Shown in pieces: positions 28,608 through 39,274 of a stretch of 64,000 bases of DNA (its first letter is position 1; every line of letters begins with the position of its first letter). Source of the stretch: Actinomycetes bacterium (lineage in GTDB: Bacteria; Actinomycetota; Actinomycetes; Actinomycetales; Microbacteriaceae); assembly GCA_023451265.1 (NCBI GenBank), contig JAEYAG010000059.1, positions 1,189 to 65,188 of the forward strand, given 5' to 3'. The notes below the pieces were generated by a model. That model saw only the letters and a list, made by a program, of their open reading frames with translations, was not told the DNA's origin and searched no databases. The translations under genes were made by a program, and so were the position numbers.

Positions 28608-29822
28608 TCAGGGCGTGCGCTCGCGCGAAGCGGCGAACAGGGCCGCGCCGATGCCGATCGCGGCGAACGCTGTCATCACGACGGTCGCGGGCACCGCGGT
28701 GGCCGTTCCCGCCAGGCCGCCGAGCGGTGACGCGCCCGCGCCGAAGACGAACTGCGCGAAGCCCAGCAGGGCCGATCCCGCGCCGGCCGTCCCGGCGGCG
28801 TGGCCGACCGCGAGGGCCGACGCGCTCGACATCACCGCCCCGCAGCCGGCCGCGAACAGGCAGGCCAGCAGCAGATACGACCAAAGGACGAGGACATCCG
28901 ACAGTGCCAGCACCGCGAGGGCTGCCGCCGCGGACACCACGAGCAGCTGCGCGGCGCGCAGCGTGGGCGGTGCTCCCCACCGCGCCGCGATGCGACCGTT
29001 GAGCCAGGCGCCGGTCATCACCGCCACCGACGTCGCCGAGAAGGTCAGGCCGTAGGTGAGGGCGGTGTGGCCCAGCGCATCCTGCACGATGAACGACGAC
29101 GAACTGATGTAGGTCATCAGGGCGGCGTACCCCGCACCGTACGCGAGCACGTACCCCAGGTACACGGGGCGGCGCAGCAGCCGACCGATGTTGCCGGAGA
29201 GCGCCGCCAGGGTGAAGGGATGCCGCTGCTCGCGCGGCAGGCTCTCCGGGACGGCGAGGATCGCGACCGCCAGCATCGCCGCGCCGATCACCGCCAGTCC
29301 GCCCAGCGTCGCCCGCCAACCGCCCCATTGGGCCAACAGCGCACCCAGGGGGCTGGCCACCGCCGGTCCCAGGGCGATCATCACGAACAGGGTGCTGAAG
29401 GCACGGACCGCGCGCTCATGCGACACGAGGTCGGCGATGACGGCCCGGGACAGCACCGCGCCGGCCGCCCCGGCGAAGCCCTGCACCGCCCGGATGGCGA
29501 TGAGCGCCGACAGGGTCGGGCTGAAGGCGGCCCCCAGCGCGCACGCCGAGAACAGGGCGAGCGCCGCGATCAGCGTGCGGCGTCGCCCCAGCGCGTCGGA
29601 GATCGACCCGATGATCAGCTGCCCGAACGCCGAGCCGATGAGGAACGCGGTGAGCGTCAGCTGCACCGCCGAGGCCGCCGCGCCCAGGTCGTCGGCCATC
29701 GACGGGAAGGCCGGCAGGTACATGTCGGTCGACAGCGACGCTGTCATCGACACGAACCCGAGCGCGTAGATCCGGCCGCCGCCCAGCGGGTCGCGGCGGC
29801 CGGATGCGGCGGCGTCGGTCAC
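28608..29822 (-). CDS. MFS transporter, DHA1 Bcr/CflA-like
   Basis: ORF 28608..29822. The GTG overlaps the ABC ATPase stop (GTGA). Twelve helices and an ISDALGRRR motif-A-like loop. Confidence 0.85.
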   Translation of the reverse strand: MTDAAASGRRDPLGGGRIYALGFVSMTASLSTDMYLPAFPSMADDLGAAASAVQLTLTAFLIGSAFGQLIIGSISDALGRRRTLIAALALFSACALGAAFSPTLSALIAIRAVQGFAGAAGAVLSRAVIADLVSHERAVRAFSTLFVMIALGPAVASPLGALLAQWGGWRATLGGLAVIGAAMLAVAILAVPESLPREQRHPFTLAALSGNIGRLLRRPVYLGYVLAYGAGYAALMTYISSSSFIVQDALGHTALTYGLTFSATSVAVMTGAWLNGRIAARWGAPPTLRAAQLLVVSAAAALAVLALSDVLVLWSYLLLACLFAAGCGAVMSSASALAVGHAAGTAGAGSALLGFAQFVFGAGASPLGGLAGTATAVPATVVMTAFAAIGIGAALFAASRERTP

Positions 29823-30676
29823 GAGGCGGTCACGGCGTCGGGCCGGAACCCCTTCTTCGCGAGCTGGATCTGCTCGTACACGTGGTGGCGCAGCTCGGTG
29901 AACCGCGGCAGCGACCGCGTCTCGAGCTGGTCCCGCTCGGCCGGCAGATCGATCTCAAGGTCCTCCTGCACCACCGTCGGCGAGCTCGACAGGATGATGA
30001 CCCGCTCGCCGAGGTACACCGACTCGTCGATGTCGTGGGTGACGAACAGCACCGACAGGCCCAGCGACTTGCGCACGCTGCGCACCAGGTCCTCGAGGTC
30101 GGCGCGGGTCTGCGCGTCGACGGCCGCGAACGGCTCATCCATCAACAGCACCTCGGGCTGGTAGGCGATGGCACGGGCGATCGCCACCCGCTGCTGCATG
30201 CCGCCCGACAGCTGCCAGGGGTACGACTGCGGCACGTGGTCCAGGCCCACGTTGACGAGCGCCTCTTCGACGAGCTCCTTGCGGCGGGCCTTCGGCACGC
30301 CCGCGTTGCGCAACGGCAGTTCGACGTTGTCGGCCACGCGCAGCCACGGGAACAGCGACCGGCCATACTCCTGGAAGACGACGGCCATCTTCTTCGGCGG
30401 CCCGGTCACGGGCTTGCCGTCGAGCACGACCTCGCCGCTGGTGGGTTCGAGCAGCCCCGCGATGCACTTGAGCAGGGTGGTCTTGCCCGACCCGGACGGG
30501 CCGACCAGGCAGGTGAGCTCGTTCTTGCCGAGGTCGAAGGTCAGGTCGCGGACGGCTTCGATGTCGCCCCCGTCGGTGTGGTAGATCTTCTGCAGCCCGC
30601 GCACCGACAGCAGCGTGTCCTCGGCGGCGAGGGTGCGGCCGCGGCCGACGAGCGGCGGGGTGTTCTCAAGAGGCAT
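29819..30676 (-). CDS. ABC transporter ATP-binding protein (NitT/TauT nitrate/sulfonate/bicarbonate-type)
   Basis: ORF 29819..30676. Walker A GPSGSGKTT, signature LSGGMQQRVAIARA, Walker B LLMDEPF. Confidence 0.9.
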   Translation of the reverse strand: MPLENTPPLVGRGRTLAAEDTLLSVRGLQKIYHTDGGDIEAVRDLTFDLGKNELTCLVGPSGSGKTTLLKCIAGLLEPTSGEVVLDGKPVTGPPKKMAVVFQEYGRSLFPWLRVADNVELPLRNAGVPKARRKELVEEALVNVGLDHVPQSYPWQLSGGMQQRVAIARAIAYQPEVLLMDEPFAAVDAQTRADLEDLVRSVRKSLGLSVLFVTHDIDESVYLGERVIILSSSPTVVQEDLEIDLPAERDQLETRSLPRFTELRHHVYEQIQLAKKGFRPDAVTAS

Positions 30677-31442
30677 TCTCGATGTCCTTCAGTCCGTAGT
30701 ACCAGCGGAGGATGCGGCGCTCGACGTACTTGAACAGCACCGAGACGGCGATGCCGATCAGTCCCAGCATCAGGATCCCCGACCACATCTCGGGGATCGC
30801 GAAGCGCCGCTGGAATTGGATGATCGAGAAGCCCAGCCCCGAGGAGGAGAAGAACATCTCGCTGATCACCATGAGGATGATGCCGATGGGCAGCGCCTGG
30901 CGCACCCCGGCGAGGATCTGCGGGGCCGCCGACGGCAGCACCTGATAGCGCACCCGGGAGAACCCGTGGATGCCGTATGACCGGCTCGTCTCGGTCTGCA
31001 CCGAGTCGGTGGCGCGCACGCCTTCGATCGTGTTCAGCAGCACCGGCCAGATCGCACCGGCGGCGATGACGACGATCTTCATCGTGTCGTCGACGCCGAT
31101 CAGCAGCCCGAAGATCGGGATGAGCACCGGCGGCGGGATCGCACGGAAGAACTCGAAGATCGGCTCGGTGAAGGCGCGCAGGTCGCGGTTCAGGCCGATC
31201 AGCAGGCCCAGCACGGCGCCGAGGACGATCGCGACACCGGTGCCGACGGCGAACCGGCCGAGCGAGGGCAGCACATCGCTGAAGAAGCGCTCGCCGACCC
31301 AGGTCTCGAAGAACTCGGCGACCAGTTCCGCGGGCTTGGGCACGAAGATGCTCGTCGCGTTCAGGCTCAGCAGCCACCAGAGGGCGATGAGGATGATCGG
31401 GAGCCCGACCGCGTAGGCCGCGGCGATGAGGAACTTCTTCAT
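30666..31442 (-). CDS. ABC transporter permease (NitT/TauT-type)
   Basis: ORF 30666..31733 trimmed to ATG 31442 (MKKFLIAAAY...), which overlaps the upstream permease stop (ATGA). Six-helix BPD-type permease. Confidence 0.85.
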   Translation of the reverse strand: MKKFLIAAAYAVGLPIILIALWWLLSLNATSIFVPKPAELVAEFFETWVGERFFSDVLPSLGRFAVGTGVAIVLGAVLGLLIGLNRDLRAFTEPIFEFFRAIPPPVLIPIFGLLIGVDDTMKIVVIAAGAIWPVLLNTIEGVRATDSVQTETSRSYGIHGFSRVRYQVLPSAAPQILAGVRQALPIGIILMVISEMFFSSSGLGFSIIQFQRRFAIPEMWSGILMLGLIGIAVSVLFKYVERRILRWYYGLKDIENAS

Positions 31443-32268
31443 ACGACCGCCTCCCCGCGCACCGACTGGTGCCAGCTCAGCAGCCGGCGCTCCAGCAGTC
31501 GCACGCCCACGTTGATGACCAGGCCCAGCAGGCCGGTGGCCAGGACCAGGGCGTACGTCGACTCGTACAGTCCGACGTTGCGCGACAGGGCGATCTGGTT
31601 GCCGAGCCCCGGCGTGCCGATGACCAGCTCTGCGGTCACCGCCAGGATCAGCGCGACGGCCGCCGCCAGGCGCAGCCCCGTGAGCAGGTACGGCAGCATC
31701 GTGGGGAACACGACGTCGCGCACGCGCTGCCACCAGGTGAAGCCGAAGCTGCGGGCGGTGTTCATGGCGACGGTGTCGACGTCGGCGACGCCGTAGAGCA
31801 CCTGGATGAAGATCTGCCAGAACGCGCCGTAGGTGATGATCAGCAGGCTCTGCTGCAGCGGGACGGCGAACAGCAGCACCGCCAGCGGGATGAGACCGAC
31901 CGAGGGGATCGGCCGCAGGAACTCGACGGTCGTGCGCGTCGCCTTCTGCAGGAACGACGACAGGCCGATGAGCACCCCCAGCGGCAGCGCCAGTACGAGC
32001 GCCAGTCCGATGCCGAGCGCCCAGCTGGTCACGGTCTGCCCGACCGCCTCCCAGAAGCCGGTGAGCGTCGCGTTCTGCGCGAGGGTGACCAGAACGGTGG
32101 ATGCCGGGGGCAGATACGTCGGGTCGACGATGCCGGTGCGGGAGGCGATCTCCCAGACGGCGAGGAACGTGAGCACCCCCGCCGCACCCAGCAGCATCCG
32201 GCGTGGCCGGAACCGGCGGCGCCGGCGCCGGGCGTTCGCGACGGCGACCGTGCGTGTGATGGTGTCGG

Positions 32269-32272
<4 letters not shown>
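31439..32272 (-). CDS. ABC transporter permease (NitT/TauT-type)
   Basis: ORF 31439..32491 trimmed to ATG 32272 (MTDTITRTVAV...), which overlaps the CoA-ligase stop (ATGA). Confidence 0.85.
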
Positions 32273-33819
<1,547 letters not shown>

Positions 33820-33899
33820 TCGGTGTGCCTCGTTGCTGTAGCGGGATTGCAGGACAGGGGCGGGTGCCGCCGGGCGGCGCCCGCCCCCGTCCGAGCGGA

Positions 33900-34901
33900 T
33901 TACGGGATGATCACCGTGTCGAGGTCGGGCTCGGCGTCCATGAAGTCGTACTTCAGGGCGAGGTCGCTCAGGTCGATCAGCACCTGCGGGTCGAGGTCGG
34001 CCGACAGCCGCTCGAGGCGCAGGTCCATGGCGGCGGCCTCGGGGAGTGGGGTGAGCTCGGCGATCGCGGCGGCCAGGCCCTCGCGGTCGTCGTTGGCGGC
34101 ATCGAGGGTCTCGCCCAGGGCGGCACGCCACTTCTCGAGCGTGTCCGCGTCTTCGGCGACAGCGCCCGAGGTGAACGTGACCATCGTGGGCAGGCCCGGG
34201 ATGGTGTTCTGGTTCGGGTAGCCGAGCACCGAGTACTTCTCCGGGTCGGCGATGGCTGCTGACATGAACGGCTCCGGGATCCACACAGCGTCGACGTTGT
34301 TGCCGTCGAGCTGTGCCAGCGCGTCGGCGAAGCCGATCTCGATGAAGTTCACCGCGTCGGGGTCGCCGCCGTCCTTGGCGACGGACTCCTTGATGGTGAG
34401 GTCGCCCTGCGTGTTGACGGCGTTGACCGACACGCGCTTCCCCTCGAGGTCGGCCCAGCTGTCGATGCCGTCACCGGCGCGGGTGACGACGGCGTTGATG
34501 TCGTCGCCCTCGGCGAGCGAGAACGAGTAGCCGGTCGCGACGCGGACGTCGACACCCTGGCTGGAGGCGACCAGCACCGAGAGCGGGTTGCCGACGCCGA
34601 AGTCGAGCTGACCGGTCGAGACGGCCGGCAGCATGGCGGCACCGCCCTCCTGGATGGTCACCTCCACATCGAGGCCGTGCTTCTCGAAGATGCCCTCGTT
34701 GATGCCGTAGGTGACGGCGGCCGACGGCGCGATGGCCAGCAGGCCGACGTTGATCGAGGTGAGCTCGTCGGTCGTGCCGGGGTCGGTGTCGCCGGTGGGG
34801 TCCGGGTCGCCGCTGGGCGAACCGGACGTGCACGCGGAGAGCAGGAGCACACCGGCGGTGGCCAGGGCCGCCAGACCGGTGAAGCGGGTACGTCGTGACA
34901 T
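33900..34901 (-). CDS. ABC transporter substrate-binding lipoprotein (NMT1/SsuA/TauA-like)
   Basis: ORF 33900..35297 trimmed to ATG 34901 (AAGGAG SD). Lipobox LLLSAC followed by a low-complexity linker. Confidence 0.85.
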   Translation of the reverse strand: MSRRTRFTGLAALATAGVLLLSACTSGSPSGDPDPTGDTDPGTTDELTSINVGLLAIAPSAAVTYGINEGIFEKHGLDVEVTIQEGGAAMLPAVSTGQLDFGVGNPLSVLVASSQGVDVRVATGYSFSLAEGDDINAVVTRAGDGIDSWADLEGKRVSVNAVNTQGDLTIKESVAKDGGDPDAVNFIEIGFADALAQLDGNNVDAVWIPEPFMSAAIADPEKYSVLGYPNQNTIPGLPTMVTFTSGAVAEDADTLEKWRAALGETLDAANDDREGLAAAIAELTPLPEAAAMDLRLERLSADLDPQVLIDLSDLALKYDFMDAEPDLDTVIIP

Positions 34902-34969
34902 TTCAGTGACTCCTTTGTAACTGCGGGTGGTTGCTGTGCGATGTTCAGTTGTGGAGGGCCCGGCTCGAG

Positions 34970-35422
34970 TCAGGCGTAGAAGCGGTACAGGCCCCGTGCG
35001 ACCACGGCGGGCTTGGTGCCGCCGTCGATCTCGATGGTCTGGTCGACGGCGAACTGATAGCCCCCGGGCACCTCGGTGACCTCGGCGATGACGGCTCCGC
35101 CGCGCACGCGGTCGCCGACCTTGACCGGCGACACGAAGCGGACCTTGTCGAGGCCGTAGTTGACCTTGGTCGTCACGCCCTCGAGGTCGAACAGCTCCGA
35201 CCAGAACTTGACCGTCAGCGACAGCGACAGGAATCCGTGGGCGATCGGGCCGCCGAACGGGCCGTCCTTGGCGCGCTCGGGGTCGACGTGGATCCACTGG
35301 TGGTCGTCGGTGGCGTCGGCGAACAGGTTCACGCGGTCCTGCGTCACCTCGGTCCAGTCGCTGAACCCGAGGTCGGTGCCGGCGAGGGTGGCGGCGTCGG
35401 CGTAGGCGGCGGTGGTGGTCAT
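34970..35422 (-). CDS. MaoC-like (R)-specific enoyl-CoA hydratase (PhdE/CouM-like by context)
   Basis: ORF 34970..35422. Hot-dog hydratase motif region ADATDDHQWIHVDPERAK...GPIAHG. Confidence 0.85.
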   Translation of the reverse strand: MTTTAAYADAATLAGTDLGFSDWTEVTQDRVNLFADATDDHQWIHVDPERAKDGPFGGPIAHGFLSLSLTVKFWSELFDLEGVTTKVNYGLDKVRFVSPVKVGDRVRGGAVIAEVTEVPGGYQFAVDQTIEIDGGTKPAVVARGLYRFYA

Positions 35423-35438
35423 AGGTGGGCCTTTCGTG

Positions 35439-36626
35439 TCAGACGAATGCGGCCACGCCGGTCAGGGCGCGTCCGACGATGAGGGAGTTGATCTCGTGGG
35501 TGCCTTCGTAGGAGTAGACGGCTTCGGCGTCGGCGAAGAACCGCGCGACGTCGTGCTCGAGGAGGATGCCGTTGCCGCCGAGCACTTCGCGGCCCAGCGC
35601 CACCGTCTCGCGGGCCAGCCGCGCCGTGGTCATCTTCGCCAGCGCGGAGTTCGTGTCGCTGAAGTCCCCGGCATCCTGCCGCTGCGACAGCTGCACCGCC
35701 ATGCCCAGCGACGCGACGGCGTTGCCGAGCATGCGGGCCAGCTTCTCCTGCACGAGCTGGAAGCCGCCGACAGGGCGCCCGAACTGCTCGCGGGTGCGGA
35801 CGTACCGCACAGCGGCCTCGAGGGCACCGGCCTGCAGGCCGGCTGCGATCCACGCGACATCCGAGCGCATCGTGCGCAGGATCCGCGACACGTCCCGCCA
35901 TGAGTCCACGTTCTGCAGGCGCCGGGCCTCGGGCACGCGGACATCCTCGAGCGTGATGACGGCGTTCTGCATGGGGCGCAGTGACACCTTGCCGGTGATG
36001 GTCTCCAGGTGGATGCCGGTGGCGACGCGGTCGACGAGGAAGAGCTTGATCTCGCCGTCGGCGGTGGCGCGGGCGAAGACGGCGAGCACGTCGGCGGTGT
36101 CGGCGCCGCCGATCCAGCGTTTGCGACCCGACAGCACCCAGTCGTCCCCGTCGCGGCGGGCGGTCGTGGCCAGGCCGCCAGCGATGTCGGAGCCGTGGTC
36201 GGGCTCGGTGAGGGCGAACACCCCGGTCAGCGCGAACGTGCGCACGAGCGGGTCGAGTTCGGCGACCTGCGTCGCGGACCCGCCCAGCCGCACCGCGGCG
36301 CGGAACAGGCCGGACTGTGCGTTGTAGAGCGTCGCGACCGACACGTCGGCGCGGGCGAGCACATAGTTGCGGAACCCGTTGAACATGGACGAGTCGGCCT
36401 CTTCGGCGGGAACGCCCTCGGGCGCCATGAGATCCAGCGGCACGAGCGCCTCGAGTACGGCGGCGGGCATCGTCGCCGTCTCCCAGGCGTCGCGCATGAG
36501 CGGAGCGATCTCGCGTTCGAGCGTGGCGGCCAGGCCGGCCAGGGCGGCGCGCGCGGTCTCGCTGAGGTGCGTCTGCGCGTACCCGTACGGGTCCAGGCCG
36601 ATCGCGTCGTCGCGGGCGAGGGTCAT
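35439..36626 (-). CDS. Acyl-CoA dehydrogenase (PhdD-like by context)
   Basis: ORF 35439..36896 trimmed to ATG 36626 (TGATG overlap with the amidohydrolase stop). LTEPDHGSD, REQFGRPVGGFQLVQEKLA, YEGTHEIN. Confidence 0.85.
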   Translation of the reverse strand: MTLARDDAIGLDPYGYAQTHLSETARAALAGLAATLEREIAPLMRDAWETATMPAAVLEALVPLDLMAPEGVPAEEADSSMFNGFRNYVLARADVSVATLYNAQSGLFRAAVRLGGSATQVAELDPLVRTFALTGVFALTEPDHGSDIAGGLATTARRDGDDWVLSGRKRWIGGADTADVLAVFARATADGEIKLFLVDRVATGIHLETITGKVSLRPMQNAVITLEDVRVPEARRLQNVDSWRDVSRILRTMRSDVAWIAAGLQAGALEAAVRYVRTREQFGRPVGGFQLVQEKLARMLGNAVASLGMAVQLSQRQDAGDFSDTNSALAKMTTARLARETVALGREVLGGNGILLEHDVARFFADAEAVYSYEGTHEINSLIVGRALTGVAAFV

Positions 36627-37516
36627 CACGTGCCTCCGAGGCGAAGGAGCCGGGCGGCGTTGTCCTTGAGGATGCCGGGGAGGACCTCGGGCTTGAACAG
36701 TTCGGCCGCCGCCGCATCGCGCTGCCAGCGGTCGGGCGTCAGCAGCGGGAAGTCCGAACCGAACAGCACGCGGCCCTTGAGGTAGGAGTTGGCGGCGCGC
36801 ACCAGCGACTCCGGGAAGTAATTCGGGCTCCAGCCCGACAGGTCGATCCAGGTGTTGTGCTTGTGTGTCGCGACCGACAGGGCTTCGTCCTGCCACGGCA
36901 CGGACGGGTGGGCCATGATGATCTGCAGGTCGGGGAAGTCGGCGGCGACCCCGTCCAGCAGCATGGGGTTCGACAGCGCCAGACGGAAGCCCCGCCCGCC
37001 AGGCATGCCGGCGCCGATCCCGGTCTGTCCGGTGTGGAACAGGGCGGTCACCCCGGCATCCTGCAGCGCGGCGTACAGCCCGTAGTGCTGCTCGTCGCTC
37101 GGGTCGAAGCCCTGCACGGTGGGGTGGAACTTGAACCCCCGCACGCCGTGGTCCTCGATGAGGCGCCGGGCGCGGTCGACGGCGTCGGTGCGGCGCGGGT
37201 CGACCGAGCCGAACGGGATCAGCACGTCGTTGTTACGGGCCGCGCCCTCGGCGATCTCCTCGTTCGACAGCGGCGGGTGGTCCAGTTGCGTCTGCGCGTC
37301 GACCGTGAACACGACGGCGGCCATCTTCCGCTCGCGGTAGTACGCGGCGACGCTGTCGAGGTCGGGCCGGGGGCCCTCCGCCGAGAAGTACTTCGACGCG
37401 GCCTCGGACAGATCCGCCGGCAGCGACGAGCGGCCGTGCGCGTCGACCTCGATGTGCACGTGCACGTCGATCGCGGTGAGGGCGTCGAGGTCGATCGCGG
37501 GTTCGTAGCGGGTCAT
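36626..37516 (-). CDS. Amidohydrolase-2 superfamily metal hydrolase (PhdC/CouO-like 3-oxoacyl-CoA ketohydrolase by context)
   Basis: ORF 36626..37516. IDVHVHI (HxH) near the N-terminus, FHPTVQGF, and a FGSDFP metal-ligand Asp near the C-terminus. Confidence 0.8.
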   Translation of the reverse strand: MTRYEPAIDLDALTAIDVHVHIEVDAHGRSSLPADLSEAASKYFSAEGPRPDLDSVAAYYRERKMAAVVFTVDAQTQLDHPPLSNEEIAEGAARNNDVLIPFGSVDPRRTDAVDRARRLIEDHGVRGFKFHPTVQGFDPSDEQHYGLYAALQDAGVTALFHTGQTGIGAGMPGGRGFRLALSNPMLLDGVAADFPDLQIIMAHPSVPWQDEALSVATHKHNTWIDLSGWSPNYFPESLVRAANSYLKGRVLFGSDFPLLTPDRWQRDAAAAELFKPEVLPGILKDNAARLLRLGGT

Positions 37517-37556
37517 GGCTTCGGGTGCTCGGGTCTCCGGTCGGGGTGGGCGGTGG

Positions 37557-38474
37557 TCAGCGCTGGAGGTCTTCGGGCAGCGGCGGGAACGACTCGCCGA
37601 CCGACTGGAGGTGGCCGCCGATGACGTCGGCGCCGCGCTCGATCAGCGCGTCGTAGGTCCAGCCGCCCTCGCGGTACTCGGTCGTGGCGGCCTCCGGGTG
37701 CGACCACACCTGCAGGCGGTCGCCGCCGATGCCGATGGCCTGACCGGTGATCCCGGCCGCCTCGTCGGACGCGAGGTAGGCGATGAGTCCGGCGACATCG
37801 GCCGCGGTGCCGAAGCCCAGGTCGTGGCGGAAGAACGCGGGCATGGCCTCGCCCTTCGCGTCGGCCTCGACGGCGGCGGCGAAGAAGGGCACGGTCGCCG
37901 TCATCGCGGTGGCGGCCACGGGGATGACGGCGTTGGCGGTGATGCCGGCCTTCTTCAGCTCGAGGGCCCACGTGCGGACCATGCCGACGATGCCGGCCTT
38001 CGCGGCCGCGTAGTTGGTCTGGCCGAAGTTGCCGCGCTGGCCGGTCGGCGAGCCGATCGTGATGATGCGGCCGGCGATCTGGTTCTCGCGCATGTAGGTG
38101 GCGGCCGCGCGGACGGTGGTGAACGTGCCGCGCAGGTGCACGCCGATGACGGTGTCGAAGTCCTCGTCGCTCATCTTCCAGAGCACCGTGTCGCGCAGCA
38201 CGCCGGCGTTGGTGACGAGGATGTCGAGCCGCCCGAACGTGTCGACGGCGGTCTGGACGAGCGTGTCGGCGGTCTCGGTCGGGCCGACCGGGGCCACGAC
38301 GGCGACCGCGCGTCCGCCGGCGTCGGTGATGGATGCCACGGCGGCGGCCGCAGTGGCCTCGTCGACGTCGTTGACCACGACCGCCGCGCCCTGGCGGGCG
38401 AGCTCCTGGGCGTAGGCGAGACCGAGTCCGCGGCCCGATCCGGTGACGATGGCGACTTTGCCGTCAAGGCTCAT
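37557..38474 (-). CDS. SDR family 3-hydroxyacyl-CoA dehydrogenase-like oxidoreductase (PhdB/CouN-like by context)
   Basis: ORF 37557..38531 trimmed to ATG 38474 (GAAGGAG SD). VTGSGRGLGLAYA and NYAAAKAG (YxxxK). Confidence 0.85.
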   Translation of the reverse strand: MSLDGKVAIVTGSGRGLGLAYAQELARQGAAVVVNDVDEATAAAAVASITDAGGRAVAVVAPVGPTETADTLVQTAVDTFGRLDILVTNAGVLRDTVLWKMSDEDFDTVIGVHLRGTFTTVRAAATYMRENQIAGRIITIGSPTGQRGNFGQTNYAAAKAGIVGMVRTWALELKKAGITANAVIPVAATAMTATVPFFAAAVEADAKGEAMPAFFRHDLGFGTAADVAGLIAYLASDEAAGITGQAIGIGGDRLQVWSHPEAATTEYREGGWTYDALIERGADVIGGHLQSVGESFPPLPEDLQR

Positions 38475-38501
38475 GGGGTGCTCCTTCACACGTGATGCCC
38501 T

Positions 38502-38549
38502 CATTGAAGTGGACATAGTTGAAATTGTCAATGGTTTCTGAGCTCAATG
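38502..38549. promoter_or_regulatory. Three CATTGA/TCAATG half-sites in the AT-rich divergent promoter region of the phd-like operon and its MarR
   Basis: CATTGA at 38502-38507, TCAATG at 38528-38533 (inside ATTGTCAAT) and TCAATG at 38544-38549. Confidence 0.45.
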
Positions 38550-38557
38550 AACTGCTC

Positions 38558-38563
38558 TAGGAT
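38558..38563 (+). promoter_or_regulatory. -10-like TAGGAT, 7 nt before MarR ATG 38571
   Basis: TAGGAT GAGTGCC ATG. Confidence 0.5.
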
Positions 38564-38570
38564 GAGTGCC

Positions 38571-39062
38571 ATGTCGAAGACGACGCGAAGGCCTGCGCCG
38601 GTGCTCCCGGCGTCGGCGGACGACCGCCTCTGGCAGTCCTCCGTCGGCGGGGGCCTGAGCTTCGTGCTCGCGCGGGCCAACGCGCTGTCGCTGGCCGGCG
38701 TGCATGCGGCCCTGGCCGAGCATGGGCTGCGGGTGCGGCAGTACTCCGTGCTGGCGATCGCGGCCGGGGGCCTGCGCCCGTCGCAGCGCGAGCTGTCGGA
38801 CTTCCTGCGGCTGGACCCCAGTCAGATCGTCGCCGTCGTCGACCACCTCGAATCGCGCGACCTCGTGCGCCGCGAGCCCGACCCCACCGATCGCCGGGCC
38901 AAGGTCGTGGTGGCCACCGAGGCCGGCAAGGCGCTGTTCCGCCGCGCGCGGGCGGCGGCCGATCAGGCGGACGAGGAGTTCCTCGCCCGGCTCGACGCCG
39001 CCGAGGTCGCGGCCCTGGCCCCCGCCCTGCGCAAACTCGCCTGGGCCCCCGCCGTCGACTGA
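38571..39062 (+). CDS. MarR family transcriptional regulator (PhdR/CouR-like by context)
   Basis: ORF 38547..39062. Start placed at ATG 38571 because TAGGAT lies 7 nt upstream (leaderless pattern) and ATG 38547 sits inside an operator-like repeat; 38547 and 38562 remain possible. Winged-helix block SQRELSDFLRLDPSQIVAVVDHLESRDLVRREPDPTDRR. Confidence 0.8.
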   Translation: MSKTTRRPAPVLPASADDRLWQSSVGGGLSFVLARANALSLAGVHAALAEHGLRVRQYSVLAIAAGGLRPSQRELSDFLRLDPSQIVAVVDHLESRDLVRREPDPTDRRAKVVVATEAGKALFRRARAAADQADEEFLARLDAAEVAALAPALRKLAWAPAVD

Positions 39063-39085
39063 CCTGCGGGCGCTGTCGCCCTTCG

Positions 39086-39231
39086 CGAGCCGCGCCGCCC
39101 CCCGGCATCCCCACCTTCGGCGATCCGCCTACTTCTGTGCGAGCCCTTCCGCGAGACGCCTGCCTCTGTGCGAGCCGCCCAGCTGTGGGCGGTACACACA
39201 TGGGCGGCTCGCACGCGGGTAGGCGGCTCGG
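39086..39231. repeat. REP-like element cluster, locus 3 (best copy)
   Basis: Forward units GCGAGCCGCGCC, GTGCGAGCCCTTCC, GCGAGACGCCTGCC and GTGCGAGCCGCCCA. Inverted units TGGGCGGCTCGCAC (a perfect 14-bp complement, 39168-39181 vs 39201-39214) and GTAGGCGGCTCGG. Convergent intergenic region. Confidence 0.7.
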
Positions 39232-39274
39232 GAAACGGGGGCGCGCGGCTGCGGAAGCGCAGCGCGCGCGGGGG

